A DNA stretch of 64,000 nucleotides from Gammaproteobacteria bacterium (GCA_002706685.1 PALV01000017.1:189105-253104), one strand, 5' to 3'; counted from the first letter of the stretch, positions 37,334 to 46,399 are shown. Notes: generated by a model not told the origin, from the sequence alone. A program made the numbers and translations.

Positions 37334-37421
37334 GGTCCGCTATTTTCGTTGTATTTGCCGGGCGATGATAGTTATGCTTGTGAACAATAACCATTAATTA
37401 CCTAAAAACAGGCCACTGTCC

Positions 37422-38777
37422 ATGCTGCAGCTGCTACAGGACCGCTTCCAGCAGATTATCGTGATTCTGCAGAATCCAGAATACTGGTGGCAGTTTTTGA
37501 TCCTGGCTATCGCGGCCTGTCTTTCAGCCCTGATAAATGTCCGGCTTCAGCAGCGGCTGGAACAGAACAACACACAGAGCAGAGGTCTGCGGCATATTGC
37601 AGTCCGTGCCGCACAACGCATTGTCTGGCCATTGACCGCACTTGGCCTGATTCTGGTCGGCACCGGCATCCTTAGAAACTATCAGCTGCCAACCACAATT
37701 CTGGATGTGGTTGTGCCTATCCTGGCTGCGCTGGCCCTTATCCGACTGTGTGTCTACATTCTGCGCAAGTCCTTTTCGCAAAATCCATTGCTGCATTCAT
37801 CGGAGAATCTGCTGGTACTGCTGGTCTGGTCAATTGTGATCATGCACCTGATGGGCTGGCTGCCTACCGTATTGTCCATGCTCGACAGCATGGCATTCAC
37901 GATGGGAGAGACCCGCATTACGCTGCTTTCAACACTGCAGCTGCTGCTCATTGTGGTTCTGGCCTTCATTCTCGCCATATGGCTTTCGGAGCTTATCAAC
38001 CATCAGGTGGCGCGGATGCCGGGGATGTCCCTCAGCATGCAGGTGGGCATCAATAAGTTCAGCCGTTTCCTGTTGCTGACCCTTGCCTTTTTGCTGGCCC
38101 TGAACGCGGTTGGCATCAACCTGAGTTCCCTGGCCATTTTTGGCGGTGCACTCGGTGTGGGTCTGGGCTTTGGCCTGCAGCAGATTGCCTCAAACTTTAT
38201 CAGTGGATTCATACTGGTCCTGGATCGCTCCATCAAGCCCGGCGATGTCATCACGGTGGGTGAAAAGTTTGGCTGGGTGCAGGAGTTAAAAGCCCGCTAC
38301 ATCGTGGTTCGCAACCGTGAAGGCGTGGATACCCTGATTCCCAATGAGAACCTGATTACTTCGGAAGTGATCAACTGGAGTTATGCGGATCCCAATGTGC
38401 GGGTGTCTGTGCCAGTGCAGATCAGTTATGAGGACGATCCGGAGGAGGCCATGCAGCTGATGCTGGAATGTGCAACAGCCTCTGAACGTGTACTTGAAAA
38501 CCCGCCGCCCACGGTCAGGCTGACAGAATTTGGAGACAACGGAATCTGTCTGGAAGTCAGAGTCTGGATTGCTGATCCGGTCAATGGCTTCATGCCGGTA
38601 AGGTCGGATATCAATGTGGCCATCTGGCGCGCATTCAAGAAAGCCGGTATCACCATCCCCTACCCACAGCGGGATCTGCACATCAAATCCATGCCCTCGG
38701 AAAGGGATTTGACCATCGCGACGCGGGCGGATGCTGTGCCCGGGACCCAGCCTGCGCAAGATGATTTGCCTGAATAA
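37422..38777 (+). CDS. MscS family mechanosensitive channel
   Basis: GALGVGLGFGLQQIASNFISG, IKPGDVI, LIPNENLITSEVINWS, ITIPYPQRDLH. Confidence 0.92.
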   Translation: MLQLLQDRFQQIIVILQNPEYWWQFLILAIAACLSALINVRLQQRLEQNNTQSRGLRHIAVRAAQRIVWPLTALGLILVGTGILRNYQLPTTILDVVVPILAALALIRLCVYILRKSFSQNPLLHSSENLLVLLVWSIVIMHLMGWLPTVLSMLDSMAFTMGETRITLLSTLQLLLIVVLAFILAIWLSELINHQVARMPGMSLSMQVGINKFSRFLLLTLAFLLALNAVGINLSSLAIFGGALGVGLGFGLQQIASNFISGFILVLDRSIKPGDVITVGEKFGWVQELKARYIVVRNREGVDTLIPNENLITSEVINWSYADPNVRVSVPVQISYEDDPEEAMQLMLECATASERVLENPPPTVRLTEFGDNGICLEVRVWIADPVNGFMPVRSDINVAIWRAFKKAGITIPYPQRDLHIKSMPSERDLTIATRADAVPGTQPAQDDLPE

Positions 38778-38859
38778 TACGTCTCTTTGACTCTGAATTC
38801 CTATTAAGCAGCGTGTTGCTTTAGGTAACACATTTCTGTTAAGCTCGCCTCATCTACTG

Positions 38860-38875
38860 TACCATCCAGACGGTA
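38860..38875. promoter_or_regulatory. Putative TetR autoregulatory operator
   Basis: TACCATCCAGACGGTA imperfect palindrome (6 of 8 pairs), 5 bp before the tetR ATG. Confidence 0.5.
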
Positions 38876-38880
38876 AAGAC

Positions 38881-39429
38881 ATGAGTGAGTCAAAAGCTAA
38901 TCCACGTGACAATATATTGGACGCTGCCCAGCGTGTTGCCGGCAAAGAAGGGGCGGGCAATCTGACCCTGGACAAGGTGGCCTGTGAATGTGGCATGAGC
39001 AAGGGCGGCCTGCTTTATAACTTTCCCAATAAGGATGCTTTGCTGGCTGGCATGCTTGATCGTCTGCTGGAACAGCACAAGTCCATGATGGACTCTGAGG
39101 AAAAGAGTCTGGCCGGTGAACCCAATGCCTGTCTGAAAGCCATGCTTGGCGCCAACGCGTGTCACGAGGTGGCAGACCCGGGAGTCTATCTTTCGCTGTT
39201 GGCAGCTTCTGCACACAAGCCAGAGCTGATGGCACCCGTCAAGGAAACGCTCGCTGAATACTATCAGCGGCTGCAAAACGAAAGCAGTGACCCCGATATG
39301 GCGACGATACTCTGGCTGGCGGCCGAAGGTTTGATTTTTCACGCCATTCTAGGTCTTGCGCCCTACAGTCAGAGCGAAAAAAACAGATTATTTCAGAAAC
39401 TTATGCAGATATCCGAGGAAGCATTATGA
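38881..39429 (+). CDS. TetR/AcrR family regulator
   Basis: ILDAA...LTLDKVACECGMSKGGLLYNFPNKDALL HTH. Confidence 0.93.
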   Translation: MSESKANPRDNILDAAQRVAGKEGAGNLTLDKVACECGMSKGGLLYNFPNKDALLAGMLDRLLEQHKSMMDSEEKSLAGEPNACLKAMLGANACHEVADPGVYLSLLAASAHKPELMAPVKETLAEYYQRLQNESSDPDMATILWLAAEGLIFHAILGLAPYSQSEKNRLFQKLMQISEEAL

Positions 39430-40505
39430 GAAGTCCGGCTGCACGTGGATTGATGACAATCGTGGGCGCAGTAGCGCTTATGGCGACCTTACAGGCATGT
39501 CAGGAATCGACAGCCGAGCAGGCGCCCGGTGATACCCTGCGCACTGCCCGGGTAGAAACAATCACAGCAGGGCCGGCATACGCGGAGCGCCGCTTTGTTG
39601 GTCGTGTGGCGGCGTCGAGCACCGTCGATCTGTCGTTCCAGGTGGGAGGCCGCATCGTCAACATGCCTGTGCAGGAAGGCAGCATCGTGCCCGCTGGTAA
39701 TCTGATTGCCGAACTGGACAAGACGGACTACGAGCGGGCCGTACGCGAAGCGCAGGTAGCACTTGAGCTGTCCGAGCTGGACCATCAGCGAAATCAGCAG
39801 ATGCTGAATAATGGCGCTATCCCGCAGGCAACTTACGACCGGGCCCTGGCGGATCTGGAGATGCGACGGCTGGCTCTCGCAGCCGCAGAGCGAAACCTGG
39901 GCTATGCCAGCATCGAGGTGCCATTTGACGCGCTGGTAACGCGCCGCCTGGTCGACTCGTTTACTCAAGTTCAGGCGGGCACCGAGGTTGTCAGAGTGCA
40001 GGATGTCACCGAGCTCCGTGTCAACATCTCGGTTCCGGAGAGTCTCATGAGTGTGCTGCAGACGCCTGAGCGTTTCAGCGTTGTAGCCCAGCTTTCTGCA
40101 TATCCGGGGCAGTCATTTGAGCTGGAATACCGTGAACACGCTACAGAAGCGGATCCTGTGACTCAGACTTATCCCATCAGTTTTGCACTGGATCGCAGTG
40201 AGGCGCCCGGGGCATTGCCCGGCATGACTGCCACTGTGATTGTCACATCCCGTCAGGGTGCTATGCCGGACCTGATCACCGTGCCCGTCGCAGCACTGGA
40301 TACTGCGGCAGATGGATCATTCCGTCTGTGGGTTTACGATCAGCAGACAGCACAGGTCTCACCGCGAACGGTGACGGTAGGCACACTGGGTTCAGAGCGC
40401 GTAGAGATTGAGTCGGGCGTACAGATCGGTGAACAGATTGTGACCGCGGGTGCGCATCTGTTACGTGATGGCATGCGAGTGACTCCTTACGTTTCTGTGC
40501 GCTAA
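39426..40505 (+). CDS. RND efflux periplasmic adaptor (lipoprotein)
   Basis: Lipobox-like TLQAC, DLSFQVGGRI, LGYASIEVPFDA, DPVTQTY. Confidence 0.93.
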   Translation: MRSPAARGLMTIVGAVALMATLQACQESTAEQAPGDTLRTARVETITAGPAYAERRFVGRVAASSTVDLSFQVGGRIVNMPVQEGSIVPAGNLIAELDKTDYERAVREAQVALELSELDHQRNQQMLNNGAIPQATYDRALADLEMRRLALAAAERNLGYASIEVPFDALVTRRLVDSFTQVQAGTEVVRVQDVTELRVNISVPESLMSVLQTPERFSVVAQLSAYPGQSFELEYREHATEADPVTQTYPISFALDRSEAPGALPGMTATVIVTSRQGAMPDLITVPVAALDTAADGSFRLWVYDQQTAQVSPRTVTVGTLGSERVEIESGVQIGEQIVTAGAHLLRDGMRVTPYVSVR

Positions 40506-40519
40506 GAAGGACGTATTAC

Positions 40520-43500
40520 ATGGACTTTGCGCGCTATGCTATTGAAAAGCCGGTTAATACCTGGCTGCTGATTATTGTTCTGCTGCTGGGCGGCTGGTGG
40601 GGTATCGAAACTGTCGGGCGACTCGAGGATCCTGCCTTCACCCTGAAGCAGGCAGTTGTGGTCACACCTTATCCGGGCGCGACTGCCAGGGAAGTTGAAC
40701 AGGAAGTCACCGAACACCTGGAGTCCGCCATCCAGCAGCTCGGCCAATTGAAACGTATTCGCTCCAAATCGACGCCCGGCCGTTCTGAGATAACTGTCGA
40801 GATCCAGGATACTTATACCGGCGAGCAGATACCTCAGATATGGGATGAGCTGCGCCGCAAGGTGAATGATTTTCAGCGCAGCCTGCCAGAAGGTGCCGGA
40901 CCGAGCATTGTCAACGATGACTTCAGTGATGTTTTTGGTATTTTCTACGCCGTAACCGCTGATGGTTACACAATCAGAGAAGTACGTGACATATCGAGAT
41001 TTTTACGACGGGAATTACTGACCGTCAATGGTGTCGCCAAGGTTGAAATTCGTGGCCTGCCCAACGAAGCCATTTACGTGGAAGTACCCAACGACAAGCT
41101 GATCAGCTCCGGTATTCCGTTGTCGCAGGTCATCAACAGCATCGAGTCCGAGAATGCGGTTCAGCCGGCTGGGGCCGCGAGAATAGGGGACTTGAACGTT
41201 CGGATCGCCAACTCGCCTGGGTTCGACAGCGTGGCCAATATCGAATCTTTGCGGATCGGGCGACCTGGCAGCACCGATCAGATCAGTCTGGTGGACATGG
41301 CGTCGGTTAGCCGCGAGGCTCAGGAAATCCCTGATCAGCCCATCCGTTTTAATGGCCAGGATGCCTTTACACTGGCAGTTGCCGGCATTGCTGATGCCAA
41401 TATTGTTGAAGTAGGGCAGGCAGTGTCAGCCAAACTGTCCGAATTGCAGACCCAGATTCCGCTGGGTGTTGAACTCCACCCAATTTATGAACAGCACATT
41501 GTCGTTGATGAGGCTATCAACGCCTTCATCGTTAATCTCGCAATGTCCGTTGCCATTGTTGTCGGCGTGCTTTGCCTGTTCATGGGTTGGCGAGTAGGGC
41601 TGGTCGTGGGCCTGACACTGTTACTGACCGTCCTTGGTACCGTGTTTTTCATGCGCATCTTTAACATCGAGATGGAGCGTATCTCGCTGGGCGCATTGAT
41701 TATTGCTATGGGGATGCTGGTTGATAACGCCATCGTTATTGCCGAAGGCATGCTGATCAATATGCAACGTGGCATGAAAGCCCACAAGGCCGCCAGCGAA
41801 GCCGCGGTACGTACTCAGTGGCCGCTTCTGGGTGCGACCCTGATCGGTATCATGGCGTTTTCCGGTATCGGCCTGTCCCAGGACACCACGGGAGAGTTCC
41901 TGTTCTCATTGTTCGCCGTGATCGGTATTTCACTGTTGCTGAGCTGGCTGCTGGCTGTCACCGTCACACCTCTGTTCGGGGACTATTTGCTGAAGGTCAA
42001 AGGCGGTGGTGATTCAGGGGCCGATCCGTATCGTGGCCTGTTCTACGCCCTGTACCGTCGCATTCTGCATACGACACTGGCCATGCGGGCTGTCACTGTG
42101 CTTGCTTTGCTGCTGATCACAGTAGTCAGTTATTGGGGTTTCGGGTCAGTCAAACAGGCGTTTTTCCCCGATTCCAACACGCCGATCTTTTTTGTTGATT
42201 ACAGACTGCCGCAGGGCAGCGATATCCGGGCCACGGCTCGTGATACGGCACGGCTGGACGAACAGGTGCTGGCACTTCCAGGGGTGCAGAGTGTCGCCAG
42301 CTTTGTAGGGCAGGGTGCCTCACGCTTCATGCTGACCTATGAGCCCGAGCAGCCTGATGATTCATACGGTCACTTGATTGTCCGCACCGAAAACCGTGAT
42401 GTGATAGATGATCTGACAGCTCAGATTCGAACTGACCTGGCGCAGCAGTATCCGGCGGCAGATATCCGTACGCGACGCCTGGTATTTGGACCTGGCGCCG
42501 GTGCCAAACTGGAAGCGCGTTTCAGCGGTCCAGACCCGCGCGAATTGCGGCGGCTGGCAGATGAGGCAATCACAGTGCTTTCGCAGGATCCCGATGTTAT
42601 CGATCTGCGGCACAACTGGTACCAGCGCGAACTGGTCATCGCACCGCAATTCAACGATGAGAGAGCGCGTCTTGCCGGTGTGGCCCGCAGCGATCTGGCG
42701 CAGACGCTGGAGTTTGCCAGCACAGGTGTGCGTGCAGGATCATACCGCGAGGGTGATGAAAGGGTGCCTATCATCATCCGGCCGCCGGATCAGGAGCGGC
42801 TGGCCGTAGAGCGATTTCAGGAGCGGCTGGTATGGAGCAGTGGCGAGCAGCGTTACGTGCCTATCACGCAGGTAGTCGACCAGTTCACCACAGATGCCGA
42901 AGAAACCATGATTATCCGCCGGGACAGGGCAAGGACGATTTCAGTCCTGGCAGACCCGGTCATGGGTAAAACGGCTGATGAGGTACTGCGACAGGTGAGG
43001 CCACATATTGAGGCTATCCCTCTGCCGCCGGGTTACACATTAACCTGGGGTGGTGAGTTTGAGGCTTCAAGCGAAGCACAGGCTTCGCTGGGTGCTCAGC
43101 TGCCATTAAGCTTCCTGTCGATGCTTATCATATCCGTGCTCATCTTTGGCAAGGTACGCCAGCCGCTGATCATCTGGCTGGTTGTGCCAATGTCGGTCTG
43201 CGGTGTGGTGGCAGGACTGTTGCTCAGCAATCTGCCTTTCAGCTTCACTGCCTTGTTGGGCCTGTTGAGTCTTTCGGGCATGCTGATGAAAAACGCAATT
43301 GTCCTGGTAGACGAAATCGATGCACAGCGGGAAGAGGGCAAGGATGACTTTAAGGCGGTTGTTGATGCCTCGGTAAGTCGTCTGCGTCCCGTGTTCCTGG
43401 CGGCGGCGACAACCATTCTGGGTATGATTCCACTGTTGTCAGATGCATTTTTTGCCAGCATGGCAGTCACAATTATGGGCGGTTTGGCGTTTGCGACCGT

Positions 43501-43576
43501 ATTGACACTGGTGGCAGTGCCCGTATTTTATGCGATATTGTTCCGCATCAAAGCTGCTGGCACCGCCACAGTTTAA
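40520..43576 (+). CDS. RND efflux permease (AcrB family)
   Basis: 1018 aa; GRLEDPAF, GMLVDNAIV, MKNAIVLVD, SRLRPVFL. Confidence 0.95.
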   Translation: MDFARYAIEKPVNTWLLIIVLLLGGWWGIETVGRLEDPAFTLKQAVVVTPYPGATAREVEQEVTEHLESAIQQLGQLKRIRSKSTPGRSEITVEIQDTYTGEQIPQIWDELRRKVNDFQRSLPEGAGPSIVNDDFSDVFGIFYAVTADGYTIREVRDISRFLRRELLTVNGVAKVEIRGLPNEAIYVEVPNDKLISSGIPLSQVINSIESENAVQPAGAARIGDLNVRIANSPGFDSVANIESLRIGRPGSTDQISLVDMASVSREAQEIPDQPIRFNGQDAFTLAVAGIADANIVEVGQAVSAKLSELQTQIPLGVELHPIYEQHIVVDEAINAFIVNLAMSVAIVVGVLCLFMGWRVGLVVGLTLLLTVLGTVFFMRIFNIEMERISLGALIIAMGMLVDNAIVIAEGMLINMQRGMKAHKAASEAAVRTQWPLLGATLIGIMAFSGIGLSQDTTGEFLFSLFAVIGISLLLSWLLAVTVTPLFGDYLLKVKGGGDSGADPYRGLFYALYRRILHTTLAMRAVTVLALLLITVVSYWGFGSVKQAFFPDSNTPIFFVDYRLPQGSDIRATARDTARLDEQVLALPGVQSVASFVGQGASRFMLTYEPEQPDDSYGHLIVRTENRDVIDDLTAQIRTDLAQQYPAADIRTRRLVFGPGAGAKLEARFSGPDPRELRRLADEAITVLSQDPDVIDLRHNWYQRELVIAPQFNDERARLAGVARSDLAQTLEFASTGVRAGSYREGDERVPIIIRPPDQERLAVERFQERLVWSSGEQRYVPITQVVDQFTTDAEETMIIRRDRARTISVLADPVMGKTADEVLRQVRPHIEAIPLPPGYTLTWGGEFEASSEAQASLGAQLPLSFLSMLIISVLIFGKVRQPLIIWLVVPMSVCGVVAGLLLSNLPFSFTALLGLLSLSGMLMKNAIVLVDEIDAQREEGKDDFKAVVDASVSRLRPVFLAAATTILGMIPLLSDAFFASMAVTIMGGLAFATVLTLVAVPVFYAILFRIKAAGTATV

Positions 43577-43606
43577 CGCCTGTCTTGCAGATATCGAGGT
43601 AAGTAA

Positions 43607-44182
43607 ATGAAAAGAAAGTTGATATTGAAAGTTGCCGGTGCACTACTGGGGGTGCTCATTGCCGCAAGTGTCAATGCTCAGTCTACTTTGTCGGATGTAT
43701 TGAACCTGCGTGAGTACAGCGACACCTTTGCCAGCGCTGGTCAGCCGACAGCCGAGCAGTTTGAGGCCATCCGCGATGCCGGCTACGAGCGTGTCATCTA
43801 CATTGCGTTTACCACGAATGACAACGCACTGGCCAATGCTGATCAGGTCGTCAAAGGGCTTGGCATGGATTACCTGCATATCCCGGTGGACTGGAACAAC
43901 CCGACCAAGCGTGATTTCTATGCGTTTGCCGATGCCATGCAACGCAACCCTGAACAGAAAACGCTGCTGCATTGCCAGGTTAATGCGCGCGCCACGGCAT
44001 TCAGTTTTATGTATCGCGTCGTCTATGAGGATGTACCGGTCGCAGAAGCCAAAGCTGACATGAACACAGTCTGGCAGCCCAACGAAACCTGGCGCGACCT
44101 GATTTTTGAGGTACTGGCAGATCACGGCATTTCACCAGATTGCGAAGGCTGCGACTGGACGCCGTCGCAGGTTGGTGGCTGA
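43607..44182 (+). CDS. Exported PTP-fold / DUF442-like phosphatase-family protein
   Basis: Signal peptide; SAGQPT, HIPVDW, LLHCQVNAR (CX5R-like loop). Confidence 0.75.
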   Translation: MKRKLILKVAGALLGVLIAASVNAQSTLSDVLNLREYSDTFASAGQPTAEQFEAIRDAGYERVIYIAFTTNDNALANADQVVKGLGMDYLHIPVDWNNPTKRDFYAFADAMQRNPEQKTLLHCQVNARATAFSFMYRVVYEDVPVAEAKADMNTVWQPNETWRDLIFEVLADHGISPDCEGCDWTPSQVGG

Positions 44183-44313
44183 TTCGATTCCGCCAAAGTC
44201 TCACCGGTGTTTATATTGTAAGCATCGGTGAGCAATGAAAATGGACCCGCACTGATAGATATATTTCATATAAAACAATCAGGTAGTGGCTTTGCCTGGT
44301 GTGCTGACGTAGG

Positions 44314-44853
44314 TCAGGGGAGCCGGTTGTCCAGGTCCAGTGAGAAACTCCCATTGACTTTGTTGTTTACTGAAACCTTGTAATCGCCTGCCGCTAACTC
44401 AAAGACTGGTAAGGGGATAGTTTTCGAAAAAACCACAGAATCAGCAGTGCAGCTGATCTCCGGCGGCGAAAGAGACTCTGGGTCAAAATACACAAACACC
44501 TTAAATGCACTATCTTCCTTATCAACCGCGTATGCGCCAACCTCAACACAACTCGAAATCCAGCCTGAGACTTTCAAAAAGACCTGAACCGGACGCTCGG
44601 TTGTTTTGATAATTTCTAAGGCATCAACAGTGTTTATTAGCTGGCCTTCGTCAACTGATACAAGCGACCAGGACAGCTCAGATTCTTCGCTTCTTAGAGT
44701 CGCATTCAGAAATTTACCTGGCTCGCCTTCAAAACCTATGAACGGAATAGTCAGGGTATACTTCTGGTCAAAACTTAATTCAGTCGTAGCAGTCTGAGAA
44801 AAGAGCGTCTGGGGTATTAGAACGACGAACAAACCGATTAACTGTGATTTCAT
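44314..44853 (-). CDS. Exported hypothetical protein
   Basis: Signal-peptide-like N-terminus, two Cys, AT-richer codon use than its neighbours. Confidence 0.7.
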   Translation of the reverse strand: MKSQLIGLFVVLIPQTLFSQTATTELSFDQKYTLTIPFIGFEGEPGKFLNATLRSEESELSWSLVSVDEGQLINTVDALEIIKTTERPVQVFLKVSGWISSCVEVGAYAVDKEDSAFKVFVYFDPESLSPPEISCTADSVVFSKTIPLPVFELAAGDYKVSVNNKVNGSFSLDLDNRLP

Positions 44854-44954
44854 TGCTGTATTCCTTTACGTTGCAAAATTACCGTGAGCTACAAATTTAA
44901 ACGACAGGTGCAGTCGGGCACAACTCATCAGCAGGGTGCCATAACAATCGCCAC

Positions 44955-44976
44955 TATTTCCGGTAATCTTTATTAC
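44955..44976 (+). repeat. attL: 22-bp direct repeat
   Basis: TATTTCCGGTAATCTTTATTAC, identical to 48395-48416. Confidence 0.92.
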
Positions 44977-45000
44977 TAAATTCAATGACTTGCAGCTCCC

Positions 45001-45180
45001 CTAAAAGGGGAGCTTCCTGAATTTGTTAGCTACCAGGTATGACACCGCTGTTTCTAACCGTCTCAATTCCCTATCTATCTGTAAAAATTCATCACCTTCC
45101 GCAACGCTATGCTTTTCTAGCACAGCGTTCATTTCTTTAACTATCTCAGCCTCTGCCTCGTTAAACGTTACCTGGTACAT
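45001..45180 (-). CDS. 59-aa hypothetical protein (below the ORF-track cutoff)
   Basis: MYQVTFNEAEAEIVKEMNAVLEKHSVAEGDEFLQIDRELRRLETAVSYLVANKFRKLPF; GGGAG SD upstream; stop overlaps the AGCTCCCCT-AAA-AGGGGAGCT hairpin. Confidence 0.6.
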   Translation of the reverse strand: MYQVTFNEAEAEIVKEMNAVLEKHSVAEGDEFLQIDRELRRLETAVSYLVANKFRKLPF

Positions 45181-45187
45181 AGTATAT

Positions 45188-45470
45188 GCTCCCGTATCAG
45201 CACCCCCAGCGGGTGCCTCTCGGGAGCCTGCGTACCTCCACGCGCAGGCCTGTCAATGGTGTCCTGGACACGCTTGCGCTTGCCATTGACAGGCTGAGCA
45301 TGGAGGTATGCTGAGCGGACGTAGGCATACGCGCTCTGGCTTACGGAGTGAGGGTTTTATAACGTGGACGGGGGGCTTGCTCCCTGTAGGCCCTTACAGG
45401 GCCTTTCCGCGGCTCCAGAACCCCTCGATCGACAAGGTGCGGTGAATGTAATACTGCACCTTTGTACCAT
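45188..45470. other. Hairpin-dense noncoding region, probable ssDNA/rolling-circle origin region
   Basis: Nested inverted repeats including GCTCCCG/CGGGAGC, GCCTGTCAATGG/CCATTGACAGGC (12 bp), TACCTCCA/TGGAGGTA, AAGGTGC/GCACCTT. Confidence 0.55.
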
Positions 45471-45486
45471 TTTTGGTAATTTCTCT

Positions 45487-45536
45487 ACCTGGCGGGGTTT
45501 GCTGGTGAGCCCTCGAACCGGCAAAGCCTGCCAGGT
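45487..45536. repeat. Structured repeat R1 (about 50-nt hairpin)
   Basis: ACCTGGC...TTTGCTGGTGAGCCCTCGAACCGGCAAAGC...GCCAGGT; 30-bp core matches R2 with 1 mismatch. Confidence 0.85.
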
Positions 45537-45613
45537 CCTCAGCCGTCCTTCCTGTCAAACTTTAACCAGGTAAATCCCGTCATACGTATCAACCACCACA
45601 TATCGGTATAACT

Positions 45614-45838
45614 ATGACATCGTCCTGGTATGAGTCTTACGGCAGCAATGTTCTACACTTGCTGCCCACTGACGAAGAGCATCTGCACAAGGATGACTAT
45701 ATCCAAGCCCTCTGCGGGCATGTCGTTTTCGGCAACTGGGCGACCAGGTCAGACTCTGCTGATGCACGTCAGCCACTTCCTCCCCAATGCAAACGATGCC
45801 AAAAGAAGGCCCTTTCCGGCTCCATCGCTAAATCGTAG
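45614..45838 (+). CDS. 74-aa hypothetical protein with a possible Zn-binding motif
   Basis: H...ALCG...CKRC; no clear SD; followed by a 10-bp inverted repeat at 45842-45869. Confidence 0.45.
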   Translation: MTSSWYESYGSNVLHLLPTDEEHLHKDDYIQALCGHVVFGNWATRSDSADARQPLPPQCKRCQKKALSGSIAKS

Positions 45839-45932
45839 GGCAGTACCGGTGCTATGTATCACCGGTACTTAGTCTCATGGGTGAGACTTTGCGTGCAAAT
45901 ACAGCGCCTTTTACCATTTATGCTACTCGCCC

Positions 45933-45984
45933 CACCTGGGTGGCTTTGCTGGTGAGTCCTCGAACCGGCAAAGCATCCCAGGTG
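45933..45984. repeat. Structured repeat R2 (about 52-nt hairpin)
   Basis: CACCTGGG...TTTGCTGGTGAGTCCTCGAACCGGCAAAGC...CCCAGGTG; directly after the XRE stop codon. Confidence 0.85.
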
Positions 45985-45985
45985 C

Positions 45986-46399
45986 TCAACCTTCCTTGCG
46001 CTTCAATATCGGATCGAGGTCGCCGGACGACCATAGGATGTTTGGTAAAATCCCGTTACGTTCGCGTTTAAGCATCTTCTGAGCCGCTTTAGCCATGCAG
46101 TAGTGATCTACCATGTCGATCACAACCGCTTTGCTATCGTCGTCCAGCTTTTCTGCACGTTCCAGTGTGGTCGCCAGCAGGGCAGACAGCCCAACTTCCT
46201 CGCCGTCCTGTAGCAGAGAGTTTGGCGAGCATTCCAGGGCATTTATCAGCTTGTATACCGTCGACAGCTTCGGATCGGCGCTGTCGCTGCTCTCCATCGT
46301 TGATATGTGGCTGCTCTTAATCCCTGCCATAGCAGCCAGTTGGTGCTGAGTCAGGTTTTTATCCCTTCTGAGCCTTCTTAGATTTTCCCCAAAAGACAT
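45986..46399 (-). CDS. XRE-family HTH repressor (RstR/cI-like)
   Basis: FGENLRRLRRDKNLTQHQLAAMAGIKSSHISTMES...DPKLSTVYKLINALECS; divergent from rep. Confidence 0.9.
   Translation of the reverse strand: MSFGENLRRLRRDKNLTQHQLAAMAGIKSSHISTMESSDSADPKLSTVYKLINALECSPNSLLQDGEEVGLSALLATTLERAEKLDDDSKAVVIDMVDHYCMAKAAQKMLKRERNGILPNILWSSGDLDPILKRKEG

Noticed and set aside
45188-45536. Retron msr-msd
   Set aside because: No reverse transcriptase in the element or the window.
45487-45984. R1/R2 as integron attC sites or CRISPR repeats
   Set aside because: No RYYYAAC/GTTRRRY ends and no integron integrase; only two copies 446 bp apart and no cas genes.
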